Shown here one piece after another: positions 10,266 to 21,341 of a stretch of 64,000 nt of DNA. Where the stretch lies: the NCBI GenBank assembly GCA_963765765.1, contig CAVXYC010000020.1, positions 352,001 to 416,000 of the forward strand, in the 5' to 3' direction. The notes under the pieces are model-generated. The model was not told the DNA's origin. It worked only from the letters and a program-made list of their open reading frames with translations, and did no database searches. Position numbers and translations under genes: made by a program. Position 1 is the first letter of the stretch, and every line of letters begins with the position of its first letter. Source of the stretch: an uncultured Chloroflexia bacterium (GTDB lineage Bacteria > Chloroflexota > UBA6077 > JACCZL01).

Positions 10266-10290
10266 CAAAAACGGGGCCCTCGTGGCCCCG
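10266..10290 (-). terminator. rho-independent terminator
   Basis: Minus strand CGGGGCC-ACGAG-GGCCCCG followed by TTTTTG. Confidence 0.6.
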
Positions 10291-10406
10291 GCGTTGCAGA
10301 GCTATCCCGGTTCATCGTTGCCAGACCGAACGGGACCAGGTAAGGCCGCCTGGGGGCACATCCGTCTGCTGCCCGGGAGGACTACACGCTCGCATCTCCA
10401 TGGGTC

Positions 10407-10438
10407 TTGACAGCTGCCCGGGCGTATGCAATATTGCA
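10407..10438 (+). promoter_or_regulatory. sigma70-like promoter with an overlapping palindrome
   Basis: TTGACA-17 nt-AATATT; the palindrome TGCAATATTGCA covers the -10; GGAGG RBS and ATG follow at 10478. Confidence 0.45.
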
Positions 10439-10477
10439 CGGGTACCGCGTCTGCAAGCTCCTCGTGGAGGTCCCGCC

Positions 10478-11517
10478 ATGCTGCACCGTGCCGTTCGGTT
10501 CCTGATGCTGACGTTCCTGTTGGCCGGAGCTCGGCGTTCGCCCTGCTGCCGGTGGGGACGGCGATTGCGGCCCCACCGACGCTCACGGTGAGATCGCTCA
10601 ATGCGGGCCTGGCACTACTCGGATCAACGCTGACGGCCGCATGCTCGACGCCGAACACACTGACCTTTAGCGCTTCGGGAGTGCAGTCATCGAGTCCCGA
10701 ATGCCCCTATCCCGGCCCCTTCACGGAGCAGGGGACCCTGACCCGCGACCCGGCATCGGCCAGTACACCTTCGCGGCGACCTTCGAGATCCAGAGTCACC
10801 ACCGGGACCGTCACTGGCACCAAGAGCGCCGCGTACGTTACATTATCCCAATGGCATTGGCTTCGCTTGTTCCGGCAGCACGGCACGATCGGCTTCAAAC
10901 TTTCCAGCGAGCTACACCGCCCGCATCGAGACTGCCGAGGCGTCTTCAGTGTCAGTCGCACCTTCTTTAGACTGTCCTGGCTCCTGCTGTGCCTCACCTG
11001 CCCATCGCAGCGACTGCACTAGGACAATGTTCACTCGTCGCAGCAAGAAGCTGACCCTGCGTCGTTAAGACGCTCGCGGCAAGCACCGCACCAGCCGACG
11101 CCGACCGGCGCGGTCGCCTGGACCCGTCCTCCTTCCGCCGCCTGCGCGACGATGTCCTCAACGCGCTCCGGGGGCGGGCAGCGCTATGTCCGCCTGTACG
11201 AAACCCACAGCCCGGAGATCGTCCGCCTGATGCTGGAGGATTCGAATCTGCGCACCGAGCTGCGGGACGGGCTGCTGCTGTGGCAGGCCGATCTGGCGGC
11301 GCTGGCCGACGGGCGCGGCGGCAGTGCCACGATCGACGCCGAGCAGGTGCGGGCGGCCGAGGCGGTGCTGGACCGATTAGCGGCAAAAGGCAGTCCGAGG
11401 CTACGCCGGGCGATCGAGCAGGAGCGCCGGGCGCACCCGCCCGCGAGCTTCGTGGGCAAGCCGCTCGACCGGGCGCTGGACGAGCTACGCGCGGGCAAGC
11501 CGGAGCGGGACCGTTGA
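10478..11517 (+). CDS. secreted protein with a CFI-box-CTERM-like C-terminal domain (several frameshifts)
   Basis: Signal peptide MLHRAVRFLMLTFLLAG..; C-terminus PCVVKTLA..SFRRLRDDVL..GQRYVRLYETHSPEIVRLML. Confidence 0.55.
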
Positions 11518-11625
11518 CTCGGGTCGGGCTGATGCGAACGAGGCGCGCCCAGCGGCATGAGAACCGACCTCCGGTTCGGGCAGGCTGTTCCCCCAAACGG
11601 CGCGCCTTGGCGGTCGAGATTCACA

Positions 11626-12934
11626 ATGACAGCGCGGCATAACGCGACTGTATACGTGGGCATGAGCGCGGATCTCCTCCATCCCGGTCATCTCAAAGTA
11701 ATCGAAGCCGCGCGGCAGCTGGGACACGTCATCGTGGGGCTACTCACGGACAAGGCGATCGCGAGCTACAAGCGCTTGCCCTACTTGAGCTACGAGCAGC
11801 GCGAGATTATCGTCAGAAACATCAAAGGCGTGGAGGAAGTTGTCGCTCAGGAAACGCTCGATTACGTGCCAAATCTCAACAGACTCCGACCAGACTTTGT
11901 AGTTCACGGTGATGACTGGATTGAGGGCGTGCAGCGGAAGACGCGCGAGCGGGTGATACAGGCCCTCCGGAAGTGGGGAGGAGAACTCGTCGAATTCCTT
12001 ACACTCAGGGAATTTCTTCAACGCTCTCAATCGTCAGCTCCGAAAGATTGGTACCACTCCTCAGATCCGCTTGAAGCGCTTCAGACGCCTACTGAACTCG
12101 AAGCTACTTGTGCGCGTCCTCGAGGCGCATAACGGGCTCACCGGACTGATCATCGAGAATACCGAGATTACCGTGGAGGGAGTGCCTCGCGAGTTCGACG
12201 GCATCTGGATCAGTAGCCTGACGAATTCAGTTGCGAGAGGCAAACCAGACATCGCACTTGATGTAAATGCTCGGCTCAACACGATTAACGAGATCCTCGA
12301 GGTCACCACCAAACCAATCATCGTCGACGGTGACAATGGCGGGCAGCCAGACCATTTCACCTTCCTGGTTCGGACGCTTGAACGACTGGGGGTGTCCGCC
12401 GTAGTCATTGAAGACAAGGCTGGGGAGAAGAGAAACTCACTCTTTGGCCAGGATGCGGGCCAGTGTCAGGACAGCATCGACAGGTTTACGAAGAAAATAT
12501 CCATCGGCAAGCGAGCGCAAGTCACGGAAGATTTCATGATTTTCGCGCGAATCGAAAGCTTCATTCTTGGCAAAGGATATGTCGATGCCGTAACGCGTGC
12601 GAGGGCGTACAGCGAAGCCGGAGCCGACGGAATTCTGATTCATAGCAATAAGAGCACTGGAGCCGAGGTCGTTGCGTTCTCTCAGGAGTTCGCGACGTTC
12701 ACGAATCGAGTACCACTTCTAGTCATTCCGACTATGTACGATAGCGTCCACGACGACGACCTGACCAAGTTGGGAATTAACGTCGTAGTGTACGCGAACC
12801 ATCTGCTGCGAAGTGCCTACCCCGCGATGGTCTACACTGCCGAGGTCATCTTAAGAAACGGAAGAGCGTTTGAAGCAAGAGAGCACTTGATGCCGGTGGA
12901 CGATTTAATCACGCTAATACCTACGCCCCCATGA
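11626..12934 (+). CDS. pepM: cytidylyltransferase-phosphoenolpyruvate mutase fusion (frameshift near 12000)
   Basis: N-terminal HPGH (HxGH) CyTase domain with VVHGDDW; PepM part [14 protein letters not shown] and signature [10 protein letters not shown] (EDK-X5-NS). Confidence 0.93.
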
Positions 12935-14097
12935 TGCTGGAGCCTCGAGACTTTTTTGACAGTCTTGGCAAGGCTGGTGTCAGTTTTTATACGGGTGTCC
13001 GGATTCGTTGCTCAGAGACTTCAACGCGTATGTCGCTGAGCATCAAGCCAACCACGTCGTCGCGGCCAACGAGGGGGGTGCAATCGCCCTTGCCGCTGGA
13101 CATTATCTCGCTACCGGGCAGCTCGCATTGGTATACATGCAAAATTCCGGCTTGGGAAACGCCGTCAATCCGCTCGTGTCCCTCGCGGATCCCGTCGTCT
13201 ACGGCATCCCGATACTCCTCCTGATTGGCTGGAGAGGTGAACTCGGGAAGAGGGACGAACCCCAGCATATTAAGCAGGGAGCGATAACGTTAGAGCTCCT
13301 AGAGGCTCTAGGGATGCCGTACGCCGTGATCGATGCGTCGACTGGAGGATATCGAGTTAGTAACGCGTGAAGCGGCAGCGATTGCAAAGGCCAAGTCATG
13401 CCCATATGGACTCGTAGTCCGGAGAAAACCTCAAAGAATACACACTTCAGAAGGATCTCCGGACGCGCTATTCGCTTACGCGTGAAGACGCATTAAAGGC
13501 CATCTTGGAAACAGTCGGCGACAACGCTGCCGTTGTGAGCACGACGGGAATGGCATCGCGAGAGATATTTGATACCGGGACGCACTGGACCAGAGCCACG
13601 CCCGTGACTTCCTCACGGTGGGCTCGATGGGTCATGCGTCGCAGATTGCGCTCGGTATCGCGCGCGCCACACCAAATCGAGATATTTACTGCCTGGACGG
13701 TGATGGCGCTGCGATTATGCACCTGGGTGCACTAGCCATCGTAGGCTCTCTGGCACCCGCGAACTTCCGCCACATGATCATCAATAATGGCGCGCACGAT
13801 TCGGTCGGTGGCCAGCCAACGGCCGGGCTCGATATCGATTTTTCCGGAATTGCGCTGGCCTGCGGTTACACAAACTGCATGGTGGCCGGGTCGGAGGACG
13901 AGATCGCGAGTGGCATGCAAGCGCTCATCTCCGTGCCAGGCCCTACGCTCCTGGAAATCAGGGTGACTAAGGGTAACCGGTCGGATCTTGGTAGGCCTAC
14001 AACAACACCTTTGGAGAACAAGGCACTATTCATGGAGTTCTTACGCCGTGAAACCAGCGGCGCACATTGGATTCGGCAGCGTCCAGCATCTCGGTGA
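12931..14097 (+). CDS. aepY: phosphonopyruvate decarboxylase (frameshifts)
   Basis: FYTGV(PDS)LL, ANEGGAIALAAG, YMQNSGLGNAVNPL.SL, DEPQHIKQG, GSMGHASQIALG, DGDGA..MHLG, NNGAHDSVGGQPT. Confidence 0.92.
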
Positions 14098-15150
14098 TTT
14101 ACTGCCGGGGTACGACGCGCACGCGGTGCTCCTTGTCACAGGAGGTGCGAGTTATTCGCTTCCGGTGCTGAAAAGGCCCTCGACCTCACCTGCGACTGCA
14201 GGAACTCCATCGCTTCTCCGGGTTCTCGAATAACCCGAAGCTGGGGGACGTTGAGTCCGGCATTGAGCTCTATCGGAAGGTGAAGCCCGACGTCGTTGTG
14301 GCCGTTGGTGGCGGTAGCGTGATCGACATGGCGAAGCTCATCAATGTGTACGCGGCCGAAGGTGTCTCGGGCAATGTGACGGTCGGCGTGCCACTGATCG
14401 CGATCCCCACGACCGCTGGTACGGGCAGCGAGGCTACTCAGTTCGCACGGTTTACATCGAAAAGCAGAAACACTCAATCTCGAACGAGGCGCTACTGCCC
14501 GATGTGGCAATCGTCGACCCGGCGCTGACTCGGAGCTTACCGCCGCTCGTGGCAGCGGCCAGCGGTATGGACGCGCTGAGCCAGGCTATCGAATCGTACT
14601 GGTGTGTCAACTCAACAGACGAGTCGAAAGATTTCGCAAGAGAAGCGATCGGTCGGATCGTGCCCCACATTAGAGAGGCTGTGCACGCGGCGTCCGACGA
14701 ACCGAGGCTAGCAGTGGCGCAGGGCGCACACCTCTCGGGCAAGGCTATCAACATCACGAGGACCACGGCGCCCCATGCACTGTCCTACGCATTGACATCC
14801 CGGTTTGGTGTTCCCCATGGCCAGGCGGTGAGCCTTACTTTCCGGACATGTTCGAGTTTAATCAGGGAGTCACGGCGGAGGATACGACAGACACCAGGGG
14901 CGCTGAGTATGTTAAGCGGATCCTTGGAGATATATGTGCCTTTCTCGGATGCCGCACCGTGACTGATGCCAGCGGAATGCTTCGACAGCTCATGCTTGAC
15001 ATCGGCTTGGCAACAACCTTTGCTGAGTTGAAGGTCGATAGACAGCAGGCGATCGAAGTTATGGTTCGTGAAGTCAACGCGGAGCGCCTCGTTAATAATC
15101 CGAGACGCCTAACGGCGGAGCACTTGCGAATGTTACTTGGCGGCCTTTGA
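14048..15150 (+). CDS. Fe-dependent alcohol dehydrogenase, probable phosphonoacetaldehyde reductase (frameshifts)
   Basis: GGGSVIDMAK, PTTAGTGSEAT, DALSQAIES, AINITRTTAPHALSY, HGQAV, C-terminal RLVNNP; lies directly after ppd. Confidence 0.88.
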
Positions 15151-15153
15151 GCC

Positions 15154-16316
15154 ATGGAACCGCCGATTGTCCTTGCATCCCCTCGAGAGCCATCGGGCGG
15201 TTCGTGGCTCATCAACTGCCTCCTCGAACTCGGCGTCCGAGTCAATCTCCAGCCCACAGCGGATCGCATCTGGCGCGGTGCTAGCGGCCGCCAGCGGCCC
15301 TCTGTCATGTGGCAACCTGCGGAGAACGGCCGCTGGCGGCTGAATCCACGCGCCGAGGAGCTAAAGAAGTGGCTACCGATCCTGGGACACCAGGAAACGC
15401 TCCACTTTCGAGACGATCTCGAGGTGCTTTACGTGCAGGATCTGCCACAGGTCGACCTCACCAGCGCGCGCACGGTACTCTTCGTCCGGGACCCGCGAGA
15501 CGCAATCCATTCGCTGTATCGACGCATCCAACCCGAAATGTCGCTCGAGGACTTTGTTGCCTTCCCGCATCCGGTGACGCTTCTCGATGCCATTGACCAC
15601 TGGCGGCTGTTCACCGAGTGCTGGCTTGCAGTCGATGGCACGCTCATCTACCCATTCGAGGACTACAAGGCGGACGCTCCAGGTCTCTTGAGCCGGATCG
15701 TCAGAGACCTTGGGCTCGTGGCCTCACGAGAGGAGATCACTCGGGCCGCCAACGAATCAACCTTTGAGAAAGCACGGGCTGGCGATCAACGGTACCGTTC
15801 GTCGCATCCAGGAACAAGAACATTGCAATGCGCGCGGGACAGGTTGGCGAATGGAAGACCTCGCCTGAACTCCGCCAACTGTCCCGCGAGATCGAGAGAC
15901 GCATGGGGTCCATCCTGATCAAGCTCGGCTACATGCCTCACGACGAGCTAGAGGCAGTTTCCAACATCGGGAGTACTTCGCAGTTCCACTTTCTCAGAGC
16001 GTTTGAACGCATCGAGCTGCCATCAGATTTGCGCAAAGTTGTGAAATCCAGCGACCCGATGGCGTGCCCGAGACTTCCAGCAATACTGAAACTAGCATCC
16101 ACTGCTGACGCTGATCTTATGCGACGCGCGCGGTTGCACCCGCTTGAGGCACGTACCTTATTCGATACTCTCCAGGAGTACGTCGCTGCTTGGCATGACT
16201 GCTATCGCGGTCGATTTAACGCGGCTCGGGCGGCATTCGATGATGGCGCCGCCTATCACATGACTCGGATTCGCGAGCTTATGACGAGTCGCCGCCTCGC
16301 ACAGAACTTGGAGTAA
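15154..16316 (+). CDS. sulfotransferase-fold protein with C-terminal extension (frameshift near 15815)
   Basis: 5' loop-like LASPREPSGGSWL, 3'-phosphate-binding FVRDPRDAIHS, FEDYKAD, STFEK and RAGQVGEWK (RKGxxGDWK-like). Confidence 0.8.
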
Positions 16317-16322
16317 GCTCGA

Positions 16323-17695
16323 TCAGGCTGACCCGCTAGCCTCCGCCTCGTCACTCGCCAAATCGCCCGCTGCATGAGCCATTGATGGGACAAAGGAGGG
16401 CAGGATAGTACGAAGGCGTCCCGTAGACGCTAGATGCATGAGTAGGCTGTGGCTGTCGCCCGTTTCGTTCTGTAGATGCACTGTCACGCCGGGACAGTCG
16501 GCCAGCCAGTCGGCGAATTCTCTATCGCGCTTATTCAGGGCGGAGTACCAGATGCTATACCGCGTGACTCCGTTGTACTCGGAGAGTAGGCTCCTGAGCC
16601 GCGCCATGGCTTCGTCAGAGCCATTGAGTCGCACGGTGCGCGGCGAAAACGCCCACACTGTCTGCATTCTGCACAGATGCCCAAACGTTAACGCTCCGTA
16701 ACTGCCGCTCGAATAACCGACACTATGTAACTCTCGCACGTGCGGGAGGGAGCTGGCATAAGACGATATCCAGCCCGCTAAAGACTCTGTGTCTGGGATC
16801 TCAGCGCTAATCCCATGAGTAAAGTTCTCGAGATAGGGATCACGGATATACAGTAAATTGCGCCGGAGAAGACCCCATCGTCTCATAGCTTCTATCTGGG
16901 AGCCAGTAGCTTTACCATCTCGACTACCCATTATGGCATCAATACCACCAAATATTACGAAGAGCTGCGCACAGTCTTTCCTCTCTAACTGCACGACCGG
17001 TTTTCTTGATTCAGACTGCTTGAGCAAGTAATTCCGAAACCATGGTAATTCCGAGAAGGATGGCGGCACTTTATCCAAGAATTGCAATATCTGACTCGCT
17101 ATCCGAGTAAGCCGATAGCCTGATGTAATCCCCAGTTGCGAGTCGGCAGTTGCTAAGAACTGAATGACCCGTTCAGATAGCAGGCTTTCAGCTTCAACTG
17201 GAGATAACGCAGCTGTGTCAAGCTGCAATTCAGAATTGCTACGCTCATAAGGGTGAGTGACCCCGATAAAGCAATCATATTCAGAAGCAAAGGCTCGCTG
17301 ATAATTTCCCTTAGTATCCCGGGCTGAGCAGACAGCCACAGGGCAGTCGAGATAAACTTCGAAGAATGGGCTTAATCGATTCCGAGCCATGACACGCATA
17401 GATGCACGATGTGCAATTGCTGCAATGACAACCACTTTCCCCGACTTCATCTCCGTGCTGGCTTCCTCGACTAGTCTTCGCCACACAGCCTCCCGGTCCT
17501 GGGGCGATGTCCGTAACGGCCTCCAGAGTCGGGCTCGAAACTCTTCACCGTCAATCAGCACAACGTTGTCAATCCCGAGCTCATTCAAGCGGGATACCAA
17601 CGCACGGGCCAGGGTCGTCTTACCGGATGCAGACAACCAGTGAGCAAGATTGCGGCGGAGGGCCATGCTTGCACGTTGCTTGGATGCCCGCTCAC
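16323..17695 (-). CDS. CysC/adenylylsulfate-kinase-like domain fused to an alpha/beta-hydrolase-like domain
   Basis: Restoring one T near 17638 gives AILLTGLSASGKTTLA from a GTG at 17695 that overlaps the upstream TGA. LIDGEEFR, EVYLDCP..C.ARD.KG.Y, PYE; C-terminal domain has VGYSSGSYGA (GxSxG). Confidence 0.8.
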
Positions 17696-18435
17696 CTGCG
17701 CTTGCCGATCCAGACGCGCGTCGTATACGGTATGCTGGCCGTCTCCGGACACTCTCGCAACACGAGATCTTCGATCGTCGTTACAATCTCGTTGAAGCGG
17801 CTCCCCGCTTGACGCACTAATGTCGCGTGCGAGGACCAGGCAGCAAGCCAGGCTTTGGTGCTCTGTTCGTACACAAACGATACTTCGAAGCGGTGAACCG
17901 AGGCGAACAAGCCAGAAGATTCGATGAATTTGGATTGATCTGCGCGTCGATCGCCGTAGCTATAGCTCGGCACTTCCCGCTGAATCAGGGTCTCGATTTT
18001 GCTCTGTAAGGGATCATCGAGATCGCGATGATTGAATAGGACCGCCAGCTGACCGCCGCTGCGAAGTAATCTCCGGGCTTCGCGAAGCGTCGCATCGTAG
18101 TCCGCCACCCCAAACGATGAACCGTAGGTCAGAAGGGCGAACGCACCGTCTTGCAGACCGGTCTGCTCCATCAATGCATCGTGCCACCAAACGTTGGGCA
18201 ATCCCGAGGTTCGCGATTCGCCAATTTCCCTCATTCGTGGATTCGGTTCGACAGCTATCACATCGAGATTTCGAGCTGCAAGCTTCAGTGTCAGATGACC
18301 GGTCCCGGCACCGAGGTCCAACACGGGGTCACCCGCATTCAGATGAGCGACTTCAACCAGCGTGTCAATTGCGCCATCGGCGTAGTTTGGCCGGTGGGAA
18401 TACGATTCGGCCAAAGCCGTGTAGTCCCACTCCAT
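17692..18435 (-). CDS. class I SAM-dependent methyltransferase
   Basis: MEWDYTALAESYSHRPNY, VLDLGAGTG, AVEPNPRMR, C-terminal IPYTTRVW. Confidence 0.9.
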   Translation of the reverse strand: MEWDYTALAESYSHRPNYADGAIDTLVEVAHLNAGDPVLDLGAGTGHLTLKLAARNLDVIAVEPNPRMREIGESRTSGLPNVWWHDALMEQTGLQDGAFALLTYGSSFGVADYDATLREARRLLRSGGQLAVLFNHRDLDDPLQSKIETLIQREVPSYSYGDRRADQSKFIESSGLFASVHRFEVSFVYEQSTKAWLAAWSSHATLVRQAGSRFNEIVTTIEDLVLRECPETASIPYTTRVWIGKRR

Positions 18436-18493
18436 GTTCGCTTTCCTTTCGACGACCATCTCGGCCCTGCACAGAGACTTGAAGGCCGCGCAG

Positions 18494-18769
18494 TTACGGT
18501 GAAGGCGGCTGGTCGATGTAGTGGGCAATGAGGTCGCTTAACGTCCCGATAGTTCGGAAATACTCCTCCTGAAAATCGGCCTCCAAGAATTCGAAGTTGA
18601 AGCGTGTCTCGAGTGCCGAGATGAGTTCGACGACGCTGAACGAATCAAGACCTAAGCCGCCATCAAACAGCGGAGTATCTCGGCCAAAGACTCCAGTAAT
18701 CTCCGGCGGGTTGAACTCCTCCTTTATGATGCCTTCAATAGCACCGACGATCTCATTCTGGTCAGGCAC
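18494..18769 (-). CDS. acyl carrier protein
   Basis: 91 aa, acidic, phosphopantetheine site GLGLDSF. Confidence 0.88.
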   Translation of the reverse strand: MPDQNEIVGAIEGIIKEEFNPPEITGVFGRDTPLFDGGLGLDSFSVVELISALETRFNFEFLEADFQEEYFRTIGTLSDLIAHYIDQPPSP

Positions 18770-18903
18770 GCGACTCGTGTCTCCCCGTTAGTAGCTTTCG
18801 TGATGAGCTCGGTACCGCGCGTTCTGAATCGTGCGCGAAGCGGACCAACCGCTGATGGGCCGTCCTTTGCAGCCCCTCGACATGAGACTCCCGGAGCGTT
18901 GTG

Positions 18904-20316
18904 TCAGGATATCATGGCGGCTAGCGCCAGACGATCAGGCTTCGCCATGGCCGTCAGCGGCAATTCGTCCACGAATAGAAAACGATCGGGTACCGCATGC
19001 CCGGGCAGATGGTCAAGCGCCATTCGACGCAGGGTCGTAACGTCCGGCGTAACGTCCGGGCTCGTCGTGCAGACGGCCACCAGTTCCCTGCCTCTCGCCG
19101 TCGTCCCGCCTAGAACAATCACCGCACGCTCAATGGCGCCCAGTCGTTGCAGTGCGCGTTCGATATCCGCGAAGACCACCAGGAAACCATCCCGCTTGAC
19201 GCTATCGTCGAACCGACCGGCCAGGTGTAGCCGTCCTGTGGCGTCCACTCGACCCAGATCCATCGTGCGATACCAGCCGTCCCGGTAGAGTGATCGTGGC
19301 TTCCTAACTATCCCGTCTATATCGGCGTAGCCTGCACAACCGTACGGATGGTCAAAACGCAACGGGAAGGGCTCGTCTGCCAGCCGAGAGGCGCTAGGCG
19401 GCGCCAGCCTCAGACCTGGTAACGGAAGTTCCGGCCGTGTCTCGCCGCTCGAGAAAAGGGTCATCCGGGCTGCCGGCGGAAATGGCGCCCAATTCTGTCG
19501 AACCATACAAACTGACCGTACAACCATACCGTCGCTCATACTCAGCAAATGTGTATTCGTCGGTGGCATCGCCTGCTAGGACCGTGAGTCGGGTACGGTC
19601 TGGCCCTGCTTTCGCCCCTTCACTAGCAGAGCACAGAATGCAGGGGTGAGGAAGGCAACCGTGGGCTCGAATTCCGATTCGGCCCGGAGGTACTTCAGGA
19701 GGTTCGCCTCGGGTATCAGGCGAACCGACGCTCCGGCCAGCGCGGCCAGGGAGGAATGCCGCCCCAAATCCATACATGTGTGCCAGTGCAACGGGGATCA
19801 CGACCCGGTCCGACGCGTCCATTTTCAGGCGAGTCAGCAGTTGCGCGCGTTGCCCAGCAAAATTTCCGGCTTCATAAGCCACGATCTTCGGGCTTCCTGT
19901 TGTGCCCGATGTCCTGAGATAGACGTACGAAGGCGCCCCATCGCTCTCATGATGAGTTTCTTGTCCAATCTCCGGACGATCCGAAAATATGGCCGGCCAT
20001 CCCAGCTTGGGTGACGGCTTGGCCGTCGGTGTCGAGCAGAACTGTGCGGCAGAACGCTGGCAAGGCCCCGGGCACTACTTGACCGCTCTCGACGGAATCG
20101 GCCGCCGCCATAACAACACGGATTGCTCGCGGGAGAGGAGTGCAAGGAGAGCCGCCCCGCTACGAGCGTCGGTGCGAACGTGCAGTGCCACGCATTCGCC
20201 AGGCGAGACACCATTTTCGCTGAGCCATGCGTCCCACCGTGGCGCTGCGCCCGTACCTGTTCGTACGTAACGGCACCGTGCTCGTCCGAAATGTAGCCGT
20301 CGCCCGTAACCGCCAT
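18904..20316 (-). CDS. AMP-binding acyl-CoA/acyl-ACP ligase (frameshifts; start approximate)
   Basis: TSGSTGSPK-like loop near 19900 (split by a frameshift), LAHMYGFG, YGSTELG, YRTMDLG, GRFDDSVKRDG, LPLTAMAKPDR. Confidence 0.85.
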
Positions 20317-20547
20317 CCTTAGACTCTAAGATTTCTCGCCGGTGGTAGCGACGTCGTCCCCGCGTGGCCACCACCGGTCTGTCCTGGGGCTGGTCGCGAT
20401 CTTGCCCCTGATTGACTTGACCGCCGCTCGCTGCAGGCGCATCACACCGTGCTTCCGGCGAAGCGATATCGTCCGCTGGGGCTGCACGAGGCGGCACCGA
20501 TTTGCTCGTTTCAATGCTCCACGCTATTGAGAGATGAGAACTCCATG

Positions 20548-21341
20548 CTAGCAGGGCACCGTAACAGACCTGCTGCGGTCCTTCACCTCTTTCGTCATCC
20601 ATATGAGCTTTTTCTCTCCCAGGCCGACGATACGGGGTTTCTGACATCCGACCTCATTTCGCCAGAATTCCGTGTCCGCAAAGACGTCGATTACGAGAGG
20701 AAGATGACCATCCTAGAGTAGAGTGTGCCACCATTCATAAGCAGCGGATAGAGATACTTCAGGCAAGTGCGCGTTGAAGCAGCGAGGTCCACATCCATGT
20801 AATTGCTGCGATCGATTTGCGGAACCGGGCATGGTTTCTTCGAACCATCCAGGCACGAAACGGCACACCTCTGGACGGCCGAATCGTGCTACATTCGCCT
20901 TCACCTCGTCTATCGTTCCGCAGTATGAGCCCTTCGCAAATTTTTCCGGCCGACCGAAATGTTCCGGTCGTGCGGCTCGTTGTTGTACGGCAGGCCTTGG
21001 AAGGAATCGAAAACAACAAGCTCCCGACCAGCGAAGGCTGCCGCCAAACTAAACTTCGCGGTGCTCATCCCCTATAGGCTCCGGCCTCAACCACGACACC
21101 CGAACTGCTCGGTGGGAGAGAAAATCGTACGCATGAATACCAACATCTCCTCTTGTCGGTGAGGACTGTCGATGGCGAAGCTTGCCGCGTAGAGTTCCTT
21201 CACGATCCGCAGGCGGTCACTGAACGAAATGGACAGAGCGTGGTTGAGCACGAAGGCTGCGCAGGCCAGAAGGTCGCGCCGCTCTCGGATGGCGCGACGA
21301 ATACTGTAGGGCGGTCGGGTTAGGACGGCTTCTGCTGACAT
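20548..21341 (-). CDS. TylF/MycF/NovP-family O-methyltransferase (frameshifts)
   Basis: VVEAGAYRG.ST, VFDSFQGL, FVPGWFEETMP, DVDL.ASTRTCLKYLYP, DGHLPLV. Confidence 0.85.

Noticed and set aside
11626-15150. Fosfomycin biosynthetic cluster
   Set aside because: The early steps match (Fom1/Fom2/FomC-like), but no radical-SAM methyltransferase (Fom3), epoxidase (Fom4) or FomA/FomB resistance kinase was recognised.
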